From assembly GCA_964435105.1 (NCBI GenBank), contig CAYSYJ010000002.1, forward strand, positions 1 to 39,373: a stretch of DNA of 39,373 bases, in the 5' to 3' direction. Under the pieces are notes generated by a model. The model saw nothing but the letters and a program-made list of their open reading frames with translations. It ran no database searches and had not been told where the DNA came from. Positions 16,317 to 24,753 of the stretch are shown here, in pieces. This DNA is from an uncultured Elusimicrobiaceae bacterium (lineage in GTDB: Bacteria; Elusimicrobiota; Elusimicrobia; Elusimicrobiales; UBA9959). The position numbers and the translations under genes are program-made. Within the stretch, counting starts at the first letter, position 1; each line of letters opens with the position of its first letter.

Positions 16317-16589
16317 ATGAAGTTCCGGGCCATAAAAACATTGCTGTGCCTGGCCTTCGCGGCGACCGCCGCGGGGGCCTGGGACCTGCATATGCTCGGC
16401 CCCGCCCACGAGGCGGGGGAGAACTGCCAGGTCTGCGCGGTAGCTTCCGCTCCGGAACTCAATGCCGACTGCGGCAGCGCGCTGCTGTCGCGCCCCGATA
16501 ATTTCGTAGTGACCGAGGCCGCCCTCCCCGGGCTGCCTGTAGAAACCGAGTTCGCAGCGGCCTTCCTCGGCCGCGCCCCTCCCCGCTAA
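16317..16589 (+). CDS. Small secreted Cys/His-containing hypothetical protein
   Basis: Signal peptide MKFRAIKTLLCLAFAATAAGA. A CQVC motif. No family recognised. Confidence 0.45.
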   Translation: MKFRAIKTLLCLAFAATAAGAWDLHMLGPAHEAGENCQVCAVASAPELNADCGSALLSRPDNFVVTEAALPGLPVETEFAAAFLGRAPPR

Positions 16590-16647
16590 AAGGTAGCTGC
16601 TACCTGTTATTAACAACCGTTCCCTCAAAAGGTACCTGGTACCTTTT
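16588..16647. promoter_or_regulatory. Two related palindromes AAAAGGTAgCTGcTACCT and AAAAGGTAcCTGgTACCTTTT (operator pair, or a weak terminator)
   Basis: 16588-16605 and 16627-16647. Arms AGGTAGC/GCTACCT and AAAAGGTACC/GGTACCTTTT are each separated by a single T. They sit between the IscU-like operon and the OM-protein/ZnuAB operon. Confidence 0.4.
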
Positions 16648-16678
16648 GGGGCGTATAGCGTATGTATTAGGGAGATTT

Positions 16679-17830
16679 ATGGGGAAAATAATAGCTTTAG
16701 CTTTGCTTCTGGGCGCTTGCGGGCTGGCCGCGGCGCAGGAGGCGCCGCAGACTGCCGGCACGCTGCCGCAGGGCATGCGGGGCACGCCGGCCAACCTGCC
16801 GGATATCAGCGTGATAGGCGTGATAGAAGGGCATACCAGTTCGAACAAGGCCGATGACGGCCGCGATAAACTGGAGTTCAGTGAGGTGGAGACGGCCTTC
16901 CAGGGTTATATCTACCCGGAGATGAAGGCCGACGTGTTCCTGGCCCTGCACAAGCATGGCGACGAGTATGAAAGCGAGATATGCGAGGCCAAGGTGTCCT
17001 TTCTGCGGCTGGCCGACGGGCTCTCCGCGGAAGTAGGCAAGGTGAACGCCGAGTTCGGGAAAATGAACAAAGCGCATACCCATACCCGGCTGATGATAGA
17101 CCAGCCGGCCGTGCTCAATAACTTCCTCGGGACGCACGCCTTCAACCCGCAGGGCGCGGCGCTCAAGTACCTGCTGCCGCTGCCTTTCTACGCCCAGGCC
17201 CAGGTGGGCGCCTGGAACATGGCCGGTCACGAGCATCATGTGGAGGCGGACAATACCGGCGACGTGCTGGATGTGGACGGGAGCACCGTTACGGTGGTGC
17301 TGGCCCCGGAGGAGACCGAAGAGTTCTCTCCAGCGGGCAAGGTGTACACTGCGCGGCTGAACATGTCTTTCCCGCTGACCGCGGGTTCCGAGCTGGAGCT
17401 CGGCGTGAGCGGCCTCAAGGGCAAGGGCAGCCACTGGGAACATCACGAGGACAATATAAAGATGTCCGGCGCGGACTTTACGCTCAAGCTCTGGCCCGAC
17501 GCCTACCGCCGCTTCACCCTGCAGGGCGAATATATGCGCCTGGTGCGCGAAGTGCCGGTGGGGACGCTGCGGCGCGACGGCCTGTACCTGTTCGCCAATT
17601 ACCGGGCTTCCAAGTACTGGAATTTCGGGGCGAGGTTCGACTATGCCGAGAACGCCTTCCCGACCATCACCTACGAGCGCGATTATTCGCTCATCGCCAC
17701 GCGCAGCCTGACCGAGACCACCACCCTGCGGGCCCAGTACAAGCATGTAAACCTCTCCGGCGAGAAGGCGGACGAGGGCTGGCTGCAGCTGACCTTCGGC
17801 CTCGGCCCGCACAGCCACGAACTGGAATAA
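16679..17830 (+). CDS. Putative outer-membrane beta-barrel (porin-like) protein of the metal-uptake operon
   Basis: ATG at 16679 with RBS GGAG. Signal peptide MGKIIALALLLGACGLAAA. LPDISVIGVIEG followed by alternating beta-strand pattern. His-rich loops (HEHHVEAD, HWEHHED). Confidence 0.55.
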   Translation: MGKIIALALLLGACGLAAAQEAPQTAGTLPQGMRGTPANLPDISVIGVIEGHTSSNKADDGRDKLEFSEVETAFQGYIYPEMKADVFLALHKHGDEYESEICEAKVSFLRLADGLSAEVGKVNAEFGKMNKAHTHTRLMIDQPAVLNNFLGTHAFNPQGAALKYLLPLPFYAQAQVGAWNMAGHEHHVEADNTGDVLDVDGSTVTVVLAPEETEEFSPAGKVYTARLNMSFPLTAGSELELGVSGLKGKGSHWEHHEDNIKMSGADFTLKLWPDAYRRFTLQGEYMRLVREVPVGTLRRDGLYLFANYRASKYWNFGARFDYAENAFPTITYERDYSLIATRSLTETTTLRAQYKHVNLSGEKADEGWLQLTFGLGPHSHELE

Positions 17831-17839
17831 GGAGGAAAG

Positions 17840-18805
17840 ATGAGAAAAATATTATTGAGCGCCGCCGCGCTGGCCTTAACCGCCGGCGCCGTGCGGGCAG
17901 AGATAAAAGTAGTCACGGCTTCCACCGACCTTAAGTATATCTGCGAGAGGCTTGGCGGCCCCGAGGTGAAAGTGGAGAGCCTCGCCTCCGGCGACCAGGA
18001 CCTGCATATGGTGGAGCCGCGGCCGAGCATGGTCTTCAAACTCAAAAAGGCAGACATGGTGGTGCGCGTTGGCCTGGACCTGGACATGTGGTTCGACAGC
18101 CTGATAAACGCCGCTAAGAACAGGCGCCTGTTCTACGGCGCGCCTGGCTATGTGGACGCCTCGGCGGGCGTGCCCCTGCTGGAGAAGCCCGAAGGCAAGG
18201 TGGACGCCTCCATGGGCGACATACACATCTACGGCAATCCGCATTACTGGCTGGATCCGGCCAACGCGAAGATAATGGCCGCCAACATACTGGTCGGCCT
18301 CAAGCGGGTGGCGCCTGACAAGGCCGCCGTGTTCGAGGCCAACCACGCCGCGTTCATAAAGGAGCTGGACGCCCGCCTGGAGGGCTGGCGCCGCCGCGCG
18401 GCGGCCGTTAAAGGCCTGAAGGTGGTCACCTATCACGGTTCCTGGCCATACTTCGGCCGGCGTTTCGGCCTGGAGGTAATAGGCCATGTGGAGCCCAAGC
18501 CCGGCATACCGCCGACAGCCGCCCACCTGGAGGCGCTGGTGCTCAAGATGAAGGCGGAAGGCGCGCGCGTGATACTCACCGAGAGCTATTACCCGCGCAA
18601 GGGGCCGGATTTCCTGGCCGGCAAGACCGGCGCGGCGATACTTACCGCCGCCGTGAGCGCCGGCGGCACGAAAGAGGTGAAGACCTACTTCGACGTGTTC
18701 GACAAGGTGCTGGAAGCGCTGGAGAAATACTCCGGCCCCGGTTTCTTCGACGCGCTCAAGACCGCCGGCGGCTGCGATAAAGCGGCCGAGGCCTGCGGTA
18801 AGTAA
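17840..18805 (+). CDS. znuA: Metal ABC transporter substrate-binding protein (ZnuA/TroA family)
   Basis: Signal peptide, then IKVVTASTDLKYICERLGG...GDQDLHMVEPRPS...DIHIYGNPHYWLDP...VVTYHGSWPYFGRRFGL. The symbol is family-level only; metal specificity is unknown. Confidence 0.85.
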   Translation: MRKILLSAAALALTAGAVRAEIKVVTASTDLKYICERLGGPEVKVESLASGDQDLHMVEPRPSMVFKLKKADMVVRVGLDLDMWFDSLINAAKNRRLFYGAPGYVDASAGVPLLEKPEGKVDASMGDIHIYGNPHYWLDPANAKIMAANILVGLKRVAPDKAAVFEANHAAFIKELDARLEGWRRRAAAVKGLKVVTYHGSWPYFGRRFGLEVIGHVEPKPGIPPTAAHLEALVLKMKAEGARVILTESYYPRKGPDFLAGKTGAAILTAAVSAGGTKEVKTYFDVFDKVLEALEKYSGPGFFDALKTAGGCDKAAEACGK

Positions 18806-18858
18806 GTTGTAAAGACCCGGGGCGGGCGGGCCGCCCCGGGTTTCTTCCTGGAGGAACT

Positions 18859-19683
18859 ATGCTGGAGATAATGCTGCCGGCGGCCGCCGCCGCCGTGATA
18901 CTGGTGGGTATACACGCCTACCTCGGGATACATATACTCGCGCGCGGGGTGATCTTCGTGGACTTGGCCCTGGCGCAGATAGCGGCGCTCGGCGCCATCA
19001 CCGGAGTGCTGTTCGGCCTGGAACTGCATACCGCCGGTTCTTATTTCGCTTCGCTGTTCGCCACCTTCATAGGCGCCGGCGTTTTCGCCTTCAGCCGGGG
19101 CCGCCATACTACCGGCGCCGTGCAGGAGGCCGCCATCGGCATAGTTTACGTGGTGTCGGCGGCCTTGGCCGTGATGGTGCTGGACCAGTTGCCCGGCGAG
19201 GCCGAGCATCTCAAAGGCATGCTGGTGGGCAATATCCTTTTCGTTACCTGGCCGCAGGTCCTTAAGACCGCCGCCCTTTATGCCGCCGTGGGTCTGGCGC
19301 ATTATGTTTTCCGCGAAAGGTTCGGCGCCATCTCCTTCTGCCCTGCCTCGACCGCAGACTGCGGCTCCAATGCCCGGTTCTGGGATTTCCTGTTCTATGC
19401 CCTGTTCGGCTTCGTGGTTACAAGCTCGGTGGAACTGGCCGGCGTGCTGCTGGTATTCACCTTCCTCATAATACCGGCCGTGGCGGCGCGCTTCTTTGCC
19501 GCCACCCTGCGCGGCCGCCTGTGGCTGGGCTGGGGCCTGGGCGTGGTCACTAGCCTCGCCGGCATAGCCGCGTCGGCAGCTTATGACCTGCCCACCGGCC
19601 CGGCCATAGTCTGCGCTTTCGGCCTGCTGGCAGTAGGCGCCTTTGTTCTGGGCCGCGGGTGTAGCGCCGCCAAAGCGCAATAA
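18859..19683 (+). CDS. znuB: Metal ABC transporter permease (ZnuB/TroC family)
   Basis: GIHAYLGIHILARGVIFVDLALAQIAALG and about 8 TM helices. No cognate ATPase gene follows. Confidence 0.85.
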   Translation: MLEIMLPAAAAAVILVGIHAYLGIHILARGVIFVDLALAQIAALGAITGVLFGLELHTAGSYFASLFATFIGAGVFAFSRGRHTTGAVQEAAIGIVYVVSAALAVMVLDQLPGEAEHLKGMLVGNILFVTWPQVLKTAALYAAVGLAHYVFRERFGAISFCPASTADCGSNARFWDFLFYALFGFVVTSSVELAGVLLVFTFLIIPAVAARFFAATLRGRLWLGWGLGVVTSLAGIAASAAYDLPTGPAIVCAFGLLAVGAFVLGRGCSAAKAQ

Positions 19684-19741
19684 AACAGGGGTTTTAGCGC
19701 GGCCGGAAAGTTCTAGCGCCAGCCGCCCTCCTTAAAAAACA

Positions 19742-19775
19742 GAAAGGCCGCGCCAAAAGCGCGGCCTTTCTTATT
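19742..19775. terminator. Bidirectional intrinsic terminator
   Basis: gaaaggccgcgc-caaaa-gcgcggcctttc followed by ttatt, and preceded by aaaaaaca. It lies between convergent genes. Confidence 0.75.
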
Positions 19776-19788
19776 GTCGCTATGGCCT

Positions 19789-20679
19789 TTAGATGTCGCT
19801 GTTGGCCAGGCCGGCGTAGATCAGGGCGCCGCCGCGCAGGGCCGAGATAACTGCGGCGATCTGGCTGGCCGCCACGGCGGGGCAGCCATAGGAGCGTCCC
19901 TGTTTGACATTGGCCTCCTGCACGTAAGTGGCCTCATGTATGACTATGGCGCGGTCCATGGCGTTGGAATTGGTGGCGGAAAGCCCCTGCAGGCGCATGG
20001 AGCTGCCATGCTTGCCCCTGTAGGTGTCTCCGGTCAGATAGAACCCCAGCGAGGAGGCGTGGGAATCCGGCGTATTGCTGAAGATGGTGGCGTAGCCGTC
20101 ATGGTCCCGGTCCGAACCCTGGCCATGCGCCACCCTGATGGCCCTGACCTCTTCGGAGCGCAGGTCTATGATGTAGAAACGGGCCTGGCTCGAGTGCTGG
20201 GAGAAGTCTATTATCGCCATATAGTTCTTGTTGGCGATCTGGCCGGAGTTGGCGTTGAAGTACTGGCGCGCCCTGCGCAGCAGGTCCTGGGGAACCTGGG
20301 ACAGGGAAAGGGTGGCGCCGCGAGAGGGGGTTGTCCTGGAGGGGGCCGGCTCGGCCAGCTCTCCAAGCGGTTCATAGGTCTCCCCGGGAGAATAAGTCTC
20401 CGGCTGATCGTCGTCCTGGAGCTCGCCTTCCAGGCCCTGCACCGGCGGCCTGGGCGCGTCTATCTCTATGTCGCCGCCGCCCCTGAAGAGCAGCTTGAGG
20501 AGGCCTATCAGGCCGCCCTCCGCTCGGGTGGGGGTGATTTCGGCGGGGTCGCTGTTGCCGTCCGGCCGGACCGCCGCGACTCCAAAGCTTTCTCCCGCGG
20601 CGCGGTCGGATTCCGGGCCGGCAAAGGCCAGGGAAACCGCGGCGGTAAGGGCGAGGATGGTCAGTATGAGGGTTTTCAT
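19789..20679 (-). CDS. L,D-transpeptidase catalytic-domain (YkuD_2-type) protein
   Basis: Signal peptide MKTLILTILALTAAVSLAFA. MAIIDFSQHSSQARFYIIDL...VAHGQGSD...SLGFYLTGDTYRGKHGSSMRLQGL...GRSYGCPAV is typical of this family. Confidence 0.75.
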   Translation of the reverse strand: MKTLILTILALTAAVSLAFAGPESDRAAGESFGVAAVRPDGNSDPAEITPTRAEGGLIGLLKLLFRGGGDIEIDAPRPPVQGLEGELQDDDQPETYSPGETYEPLGELAEPAPSRTTPSRGATLSLSQVPQDLLRRARQYFNANSGQIANKNYMAIIDFSQHSSQARFYIIDLRSEEVRAIRVAHGQGSDRDHDGYATIFSNTPDSHASSLGFYLTGDTYRGKHGSSMRLQGLSATNSNAMDRAIVIHEATYVQEANVKQGRSYGCPAVAASQIAAVISALRGGALIYAGLANSDI

Positions 20680-20856
20680 AGCTTCTCCCGTGCTTCCGCT
20701 GCTTAAATAGGATAATGTATGAGGCTTGACGTGTCAAGGGCCGATGTGCCCGGCCGCGGCTGTGACATTAGGCGCGGCCTCCTGTGGGCGGGCCGGGACC
20801 CGCCCGCCGGCCCTGGGGGCCTTCGCTTTAGCCGGGGTGTCGCGAAATTCGCAAAA

Positions 20857-20865
20857 TGGTAAGAT
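20857..20865 (+). promoter_or_regulatory. Extended -10 element TGgTAAGAT upstream of the pilin-like gene
   Basis: TG at 20857-20858 and TAAGAT at 20860-20865. This supports the ATG at 20893 (RBS GGGGGA) rather than the start at 20866. Confidence 0.4.
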
Positions 20866-20892
20866 ATGCGCGATATGACCGAAGCGGGGGAT

Positions 20893-21342
20893 ATGAAGCG
20901 CGGAGGTTTCACGCTTATCGAACTGATGGTGGTGGTGGCGATAGTGGGCATCCTGTCCGCCATCGCGCTGCCGCGTTTCGCCTCGCTGATAAAGCGCTCG
21001 CAGGAGGGCGCCACCAAGGGCAACCTGGCCATGCTGCGCTCGGCCCTCAAGCTCTACTACGCCGACAACGAGGGCATCTATCCAGGCGACAACCTGGCTT
21101 CCCTCACAGCCAACGGCAAGTATATCAATGAGATCCCCGAAGTTTACGTGCCCGGCAGCCATGATAAGAGCCGGGTGGTAGAGAACAACGATAACTGGGG
21201 TATGGGCTCCATGCTGGTGCTGGACCGCGGCACCTGGTTTTACTGGAACTGGGACACGCCGCTGCTGCCGCGCCGCCGCGGCGACCTCTGGATCTCCTGC
21301 GGCCACCAGGACCTCGCCCTGACCCCCTGGTCTTCTTACTAG
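20893..21342 (+). CDS. Prepilin-type N-terminal cleavage/methylation domain protein (type IV pilin / T2SS pseudopilin-like)
   Basis: MKRGGFTLIELMVVVAIVGILSAIALPRF is the class III signal peptide with G/F cleavage and Glu+5. Confidence 0.88.
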   Translation: MKRGGFTLIELMVVVAIVGILSAIALPRFASLIKRSQEGATKGNLAMLRSALKLYYADNEGIYPGDNLASLTANGKYINEIPEVYVPGSHDKSRVVENNDNWGMGSMLVLDRGTWFYWNWDTPLLPRRRGDLWISCGHQDLALTPWSSY

Positions 21343-21366
21343 CGCCTGCCGGCCGCGAAGGACAAC

Positions 21367-22218
21367 ATGCCCACGCCTTTCTCCGAGACCCTGGTAAAAT
21401 TCCGCGAAGCCGCCGGCTTCGCCTCAGCCTATGCCTTCTTCCACGATAATGGCGGCCAGAAAGTGCTGGGCCTTACCTACCGCCGCTACCTGCTGATAGA
21501 GCAGGGCCGCAACCTGCCGCTGCTCGACAAGCTGCGCAAGCTTTTTTACGCCCTGCGCCTGGTGCCCCAGGGCCCCGGCGCCAATGAGCTGATGGTGGCC
21601 TGGCTGCGCAGCATGGCCGGCGAGACCGACTACCGCGACCTGGTGCAGCCGGTGGTGGCGCCCCGGGCCGAGACCAAGGGCGTTTCCCCGCTGCATAAAG
21701 CGGTGGAGCAGAGGATCGCGAGCGACAAGTACGTGATCAAACCCGACCAGTTCCAGGCGGTGTTATCCAGTTTCGAGGCCTATGTCTGCTTTCACGCCAT
21801 GGTCAGCGAGACCGGACCCTGGAAGGTGGAGGACCTGGCCCGCGCCGTAGAGGCGGAACTGCCTAAAGTGAAAGAGGCCATGGCCAGGCTCGCCGCCGCC
21901 AAGCTGATGAAACAGGTGCGCCCCGGCGTCTATAAATGCCCGGTGGCCTCCGCAACCATAGAGACGCCGCAGATGAACCTGCTCGGCCGCGAAGCCATAG
22001 AGAAGATCCGTGACTATACCCGGCGGCTCGTGGGCAGCGGCCGCAGCGAATGGTACAGCACCTGCATGGTGCGCGCCGACGGACCGGCTTTCAAGGGTTA
22101 TACCCCCGTGCTCAACCTGGCCGTGCATACGGCGGGCGCCTATGAAATAAAGCGCAAGACGCCCGGTTCCGCCATATTCCTGGTGGAAGGCCGCATCACC
22201 CGCCTGCGCGATTTCTGA
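21367..22218 (+). CDS. Hypothetical protein with an N-terminal XRE-like HTH (possibly TIGR02147/DUF4423-like)
   Basis: FREAAGFASAYAFF...LTYRRYLLIEQGRNLPLLDKLRKLFYAL. The family assignment is tentative. Confidence 0.45.
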   Translation: MPTPFSETLVKFREAAGFASAYAFFHDNGGQKVLGLTYRRYLLIEQGRNLPLLDKLRKLFYALRLVPQGPGANELMVAWLRSMAGETDYRDLVQPVVAPRAETKGVSPLHKAVEQRIASDKYVIKPDQFQAVLSSFEAYVCFHAMVSETGPWKVEDLARAVEAELPKVKEAMARLAAAKLMKQVRPGVYKCPVASATIETPQMNLLGREAIEKIRDYTRRLVGSGRSEWYSTCMVRADGPAFKGYTPVLNLAVHTAGAYEIKRKTPGSAIFLVEGRITRLRDF

Positions 22219-22227
22219 AAAACCTTA

Positions 22228-22437
22228 GTGCTCCGTTGGGGCACTAAAAACCCGGTTTTGCCCGCCCACCCGGGGCTGGACCCTTTTCCTTTTTAAAACT
22301 TACCTTGCGCCTCAGGCGTCCGCGCCGCCCTTACCGTAAACTATGGGGGACGGTAAATCAGAGCAGGAGGCAAACATATGGTAAAGACGATATTCGCGGT
22401 ACTGCTGGCGGCGGCCCCCGCCTGCGCGGCTGACTTC
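22228..22437 (+). repeat. Copy A of an about 210-bp duplicated module (upstream region + RBS + signal-peptide coding sequence)
   Basis: Shares with 23642-23851 a 56-nt identical core cccgcccacccggggctggacccttttcctttttaaaacttaccttgcgcctcagg. It also shares ttaccgtaaactat...gacggta, caggaggcaaaca, and an identical atggtaaagacgatattcgcggtactgctggcggcggcccccgcctgcgcgg. Confidence 0.85.
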
Positions 22438-22989
22438 GGCCTTAACGCAATGACAACCGCGGAAGCGGCTTCGTTGCCGCCGGCCGCGCCAGCCGTTGCC
22501 GCGCCGGCCGAAGCGCCGGCGGCAAGGAGCGCCCAATGGCGCAAAGTGGCCCTCACCGTAACACTCGACCAGGATTCGCAGGCCTATCACGGCGCCGGCG
22601 AAGGCATGACTTTCTCCCTGGCGCGGGACCCCAAGAATAGCGGGGGCCTTGCTTTCCGATTCGACTTCGCCGGCGGCGGCGCCGAGTCCGGCATCATAAA
22701 GAACGGCGTGGTGAGCGACGCGGCAGGCAACCGTATAGACCTCTCGCGGGATCCCTTCGAATACCCGGCCCTGCTTGGCGGCAAGCCGCACACCCTGCTG
22801 GGCAACTGCACCTATGACCAGGGCTTTATAGACACGCTGCAGGAAGCGCCTTATGAAAACTCCGGCCTGGCCCTGAACAGGAAGGTAAAGGCGGACGCCA
22901 CGGTGCGCATCACCGGCAGTTACGACGCCGCACGCTTTTCTCGCGCCGAGATCGCCCTTATACTCGCCGCCTATGTGGTGATGGAATGA
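22378..22989 (+). CDS. Secreted hypothetical protein (paralogue A; shared signal peptide MVKTIFAVLLAAAPACAADF)
   Basis: RBS AGGAGG. The first 20 aa are identical to the ORF at 23792, and the mature part is unrelated by eye. Confidence 0.6.
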   Translation: MVKTIFAVLLAAAPACAADFGLNAMTTAEAASLPPAAPAVAAPAEAPAARSAQWRKVALTVTLDQDSQAYHGAGEGMTFSLARDPKNSGGLAFRFDFAGGGAESGIIKNGVVSDAAGNRIDLSRDPFEYPALLGGKPHTLLGNCTYDQGFIDTLQEAPYENSGLALNRKVKADATVRITGSYDAARFSRAEIALILAAYVVME

Positions 22990-23003
22990 GGAAAGGAGGC
23001 TCG

Positions 23004-23537
23004 ATGAAAATTATTTCAGCACTTGCGGCGGCGCTGGCCCTGGCCGCGCCGGGCGCGGTTGACGGCCTGGAAGGCCTGCGGAGTATGAACGCGGCGGAAC
23101 TGGGAAATTCCGGCCCGGCCGCGGCAGGAGGGCGGGTCGTCGGACGCGTGGAGCCGGAGGCGGCGGCCCCGCCGCTGGTGCTGGGCAGTTACGGGCGCTA
23201 CGCTTCCTGGGAGCAGGCCGGGGCGGCCATGGATAAGGTAATAGCCGCGCTGCTTCCTTCCGGAGCGGTGATACTCAAAGCCTCTCTTGCCGCCGGGTAC
23301 GGCGGCTACCGGTTCGAGATCACTTTCAAATCCGAATACGGGCTGGCAACCCACCAGAGCGGCGCTGTCTTTGCCAGCGAGGCCGAGGCCCGTGAAAGCA
23401 TGCGCGGCATGAGCGCCCTGCTGGCTGACGGGCGGCGAACTATTGTGCTGGAGGAGCTTATAGACGAGGGTTTTGGCAACTTCAGTTACGCTATAGTTTC
23501 TTTGGAGGGCGTAGAGCCGCGGCCTGACTACCTTTAA
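23004..23537 (+). CDS. Secreted hypothetical protein
   Basis: ATG at 23004, downstream of GGAGG. Signal peptide MKIISALAAALALAAPGA. A terminator follows. Confidence 0.55.
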   Translation: MKIISALAAALALAAPGAVDGLEGLRSMNAAELGNSGPAAAGGRVVGRVEPEAAAPPLVLGSYGRYASWEQAGAAMDKVIAALLPSGAVILKASLAAGYGGYRFEITFKSEYGLATHQSGAVFASEAEARESMRGMSALLADGRRTIVLEELIDEGFGNFSYAIVSLEGVEPRPDYL

Positions 23538-23557
23538 AAAGAGAGTCGCCAGTTGAG

Positions 23558-23589
23558 GAGCCGGCCCGCGGGCCGGCTCTTCTTTTTTA
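23558..23589 (+). terminator. Intrinsic terminator
   Basis: gagccggcc-cgcg-ggccggctc followed by ttcttttttat. Confidence 0.8.
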
Positions 23590-23641
23590 TATGCCCGCGG
23601 TTCTTTCCCGCCTTCTGCCTTTGAACTTGCAGCTAAGCCTG

Positions 23642-23851
23642 GTGCTCCGCAGGGGCACTAAAAACGCGCTTTTACCCGCCCACCCGGGGCTGGACCCTTT
23701 TCCTTTTTAAAACTTACCTTGCGCCTCAGGTGCCCTCGCCGCGTTTACCGTAAACTATATATGACGGTAGAACAGTACAGGAGGCAAACACATGGTAAAG
23801 ACGATATTCGCGGTACTGCTGGCGGCGGCCCCCGCCTGCGCGGCGGACTTC
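23642..23851 (+). repeat. Copy B of the about 210-bp duplicated module
   Basis: See copy A. Same order and orientation, 1.4 kb downstream. Confidence 0.85.
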
Positions 23852-24685
23852 AACCTGGAGCGGGCCGGGCTGGACGCCATTAATAAGGAAATGGCCGTGC
23901 CCGCAGTGGCCGCCCCGGAATTCGCCGGTAGCCGCCTGCAGGTCTCCGAAATAAATAACCGCTGGATAGCCGCGGTCTATGTGGCCGGGCAGCGGCTGGC
24001 CCGGCTGGCCGGCAATGCCAATGGCATAGCCCCTTCCGCGGCCCCGGCCGGCCTTGCCATAGAGCTGGGCACGCAGGCCCGCCGCACCCTGGAGGGTGCG
24101 GAGAAAATGCATTATGCCGCCATGGACGGGCGCTGGCATGTGGTGAAATTCGAGGCCGAAAAGCTGGACCGCGTAGTGGACAATGTAATGGACTGGGCCG
24201 CCGCCTGCCAGGCGCATCATAATGCCGCCGCACTCAAAGCCGGCGAGCTCGCCGCCGCCGGCCGCGACCTGGCCACCGCCCTGCAGTGGCTGCGGGCCGA
24301 TTCCAGCGGGCTCAGGAACAAGGAAATACTGCCGGCGGTGATGCCGCTGTTCAAGTTCGGCCTCTCCTGCGCCTCGCCCGACAAGGCCGTGACGCTGGAA
24401 GGCATGATCACGCGCAAGGGCGGCGATATAAGGGTGACCTCCGCCGACCTTTATAAACAGCATGGCGGCGAGGGGGAAAACCTGCGCTTCTTCCCGGAAG
24501 CCGTCTATGTCCCGGGGCGCGCAGGCTTCCTCTCCTCCGACAGCGCCTTCTTCAACTATACCCTGGAAATGCCGTCTGCGGTCCTGGCCGAGCCCGGCGA
24601 GTTCGAGGCGGAACTGCTGGTTTCTTTCGGCGACGAGACCAGCCGCCGCATACCGCTGGACTGCTCGACCTCCATCATCCGCTGA
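23792..24685 (+). CDS. Secreted hypothetical protein (paralogue B)
   Basis: Same RBS and signal peptide as 22378, followed by a 277-aa unrelated mature region. Confidence 0.6.
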   Translation: MVKTIFAVLLAAAPACAADFNLERAGLDAINKEMAVPAVAAPEFAGSRLQVSEINNRWIAAVYVAGQRLARLAGNANGIAPSAAPAGLAIELGTQARRTLEGAEKMHYAAMDGRWHVVKFEAEKLDRVVDNVMDWAAACQAHHNAAALKAGELAAAGRDLATALQWLRADSSGLRNKEILPAVMPLFKFGLSCASPDKAVTLEGMITRKGGDIRVTSADLYKQHGGEGENLRFFPEAVYVPGRAGFLSSDSAFFNYTLEMPSAVLAEPGEFEAELLVSFGDETSRRIPLDCSTSIIR

Positions 24686-24700
24686 AGAAAAACTTAAGGA

Positions 24701-24740
24701 GCGAGGCCGGCGGCCTGTTAGGCGCCGGCCTCCGCTTTTT
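24701..24740 (+). terminator. Intrinsic terminator
   Basis: gaggccggcg...cgccggcctc stem followed by cgcttttt. Confidence 0.7.
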
Positions 24741-24753
24741 CTACAATGTAGGG

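Noticed and set aside
22228-22246. Hairpin gtgctccgttggggcac (and its copy at 23642-23660), considered as the terminator of the upstream genes.
   Set aside because: No T-run follows on the plus strand. The stem contains a mismatch or wobble. It is part of the duplicated 210-bp module, so I report it only as part of that repeat.
22312-22791. Minus-strand ORFs 22312-22791 and 23726-24463, which share the peptide GGGRRQQYREYRLYH.FASC.
   Set aside because: The shared peptide is simply the antisense translation of the duplicated signal-peptide and RBS segment. Both ORFs are antisense to better-supported secreted-protein genes.
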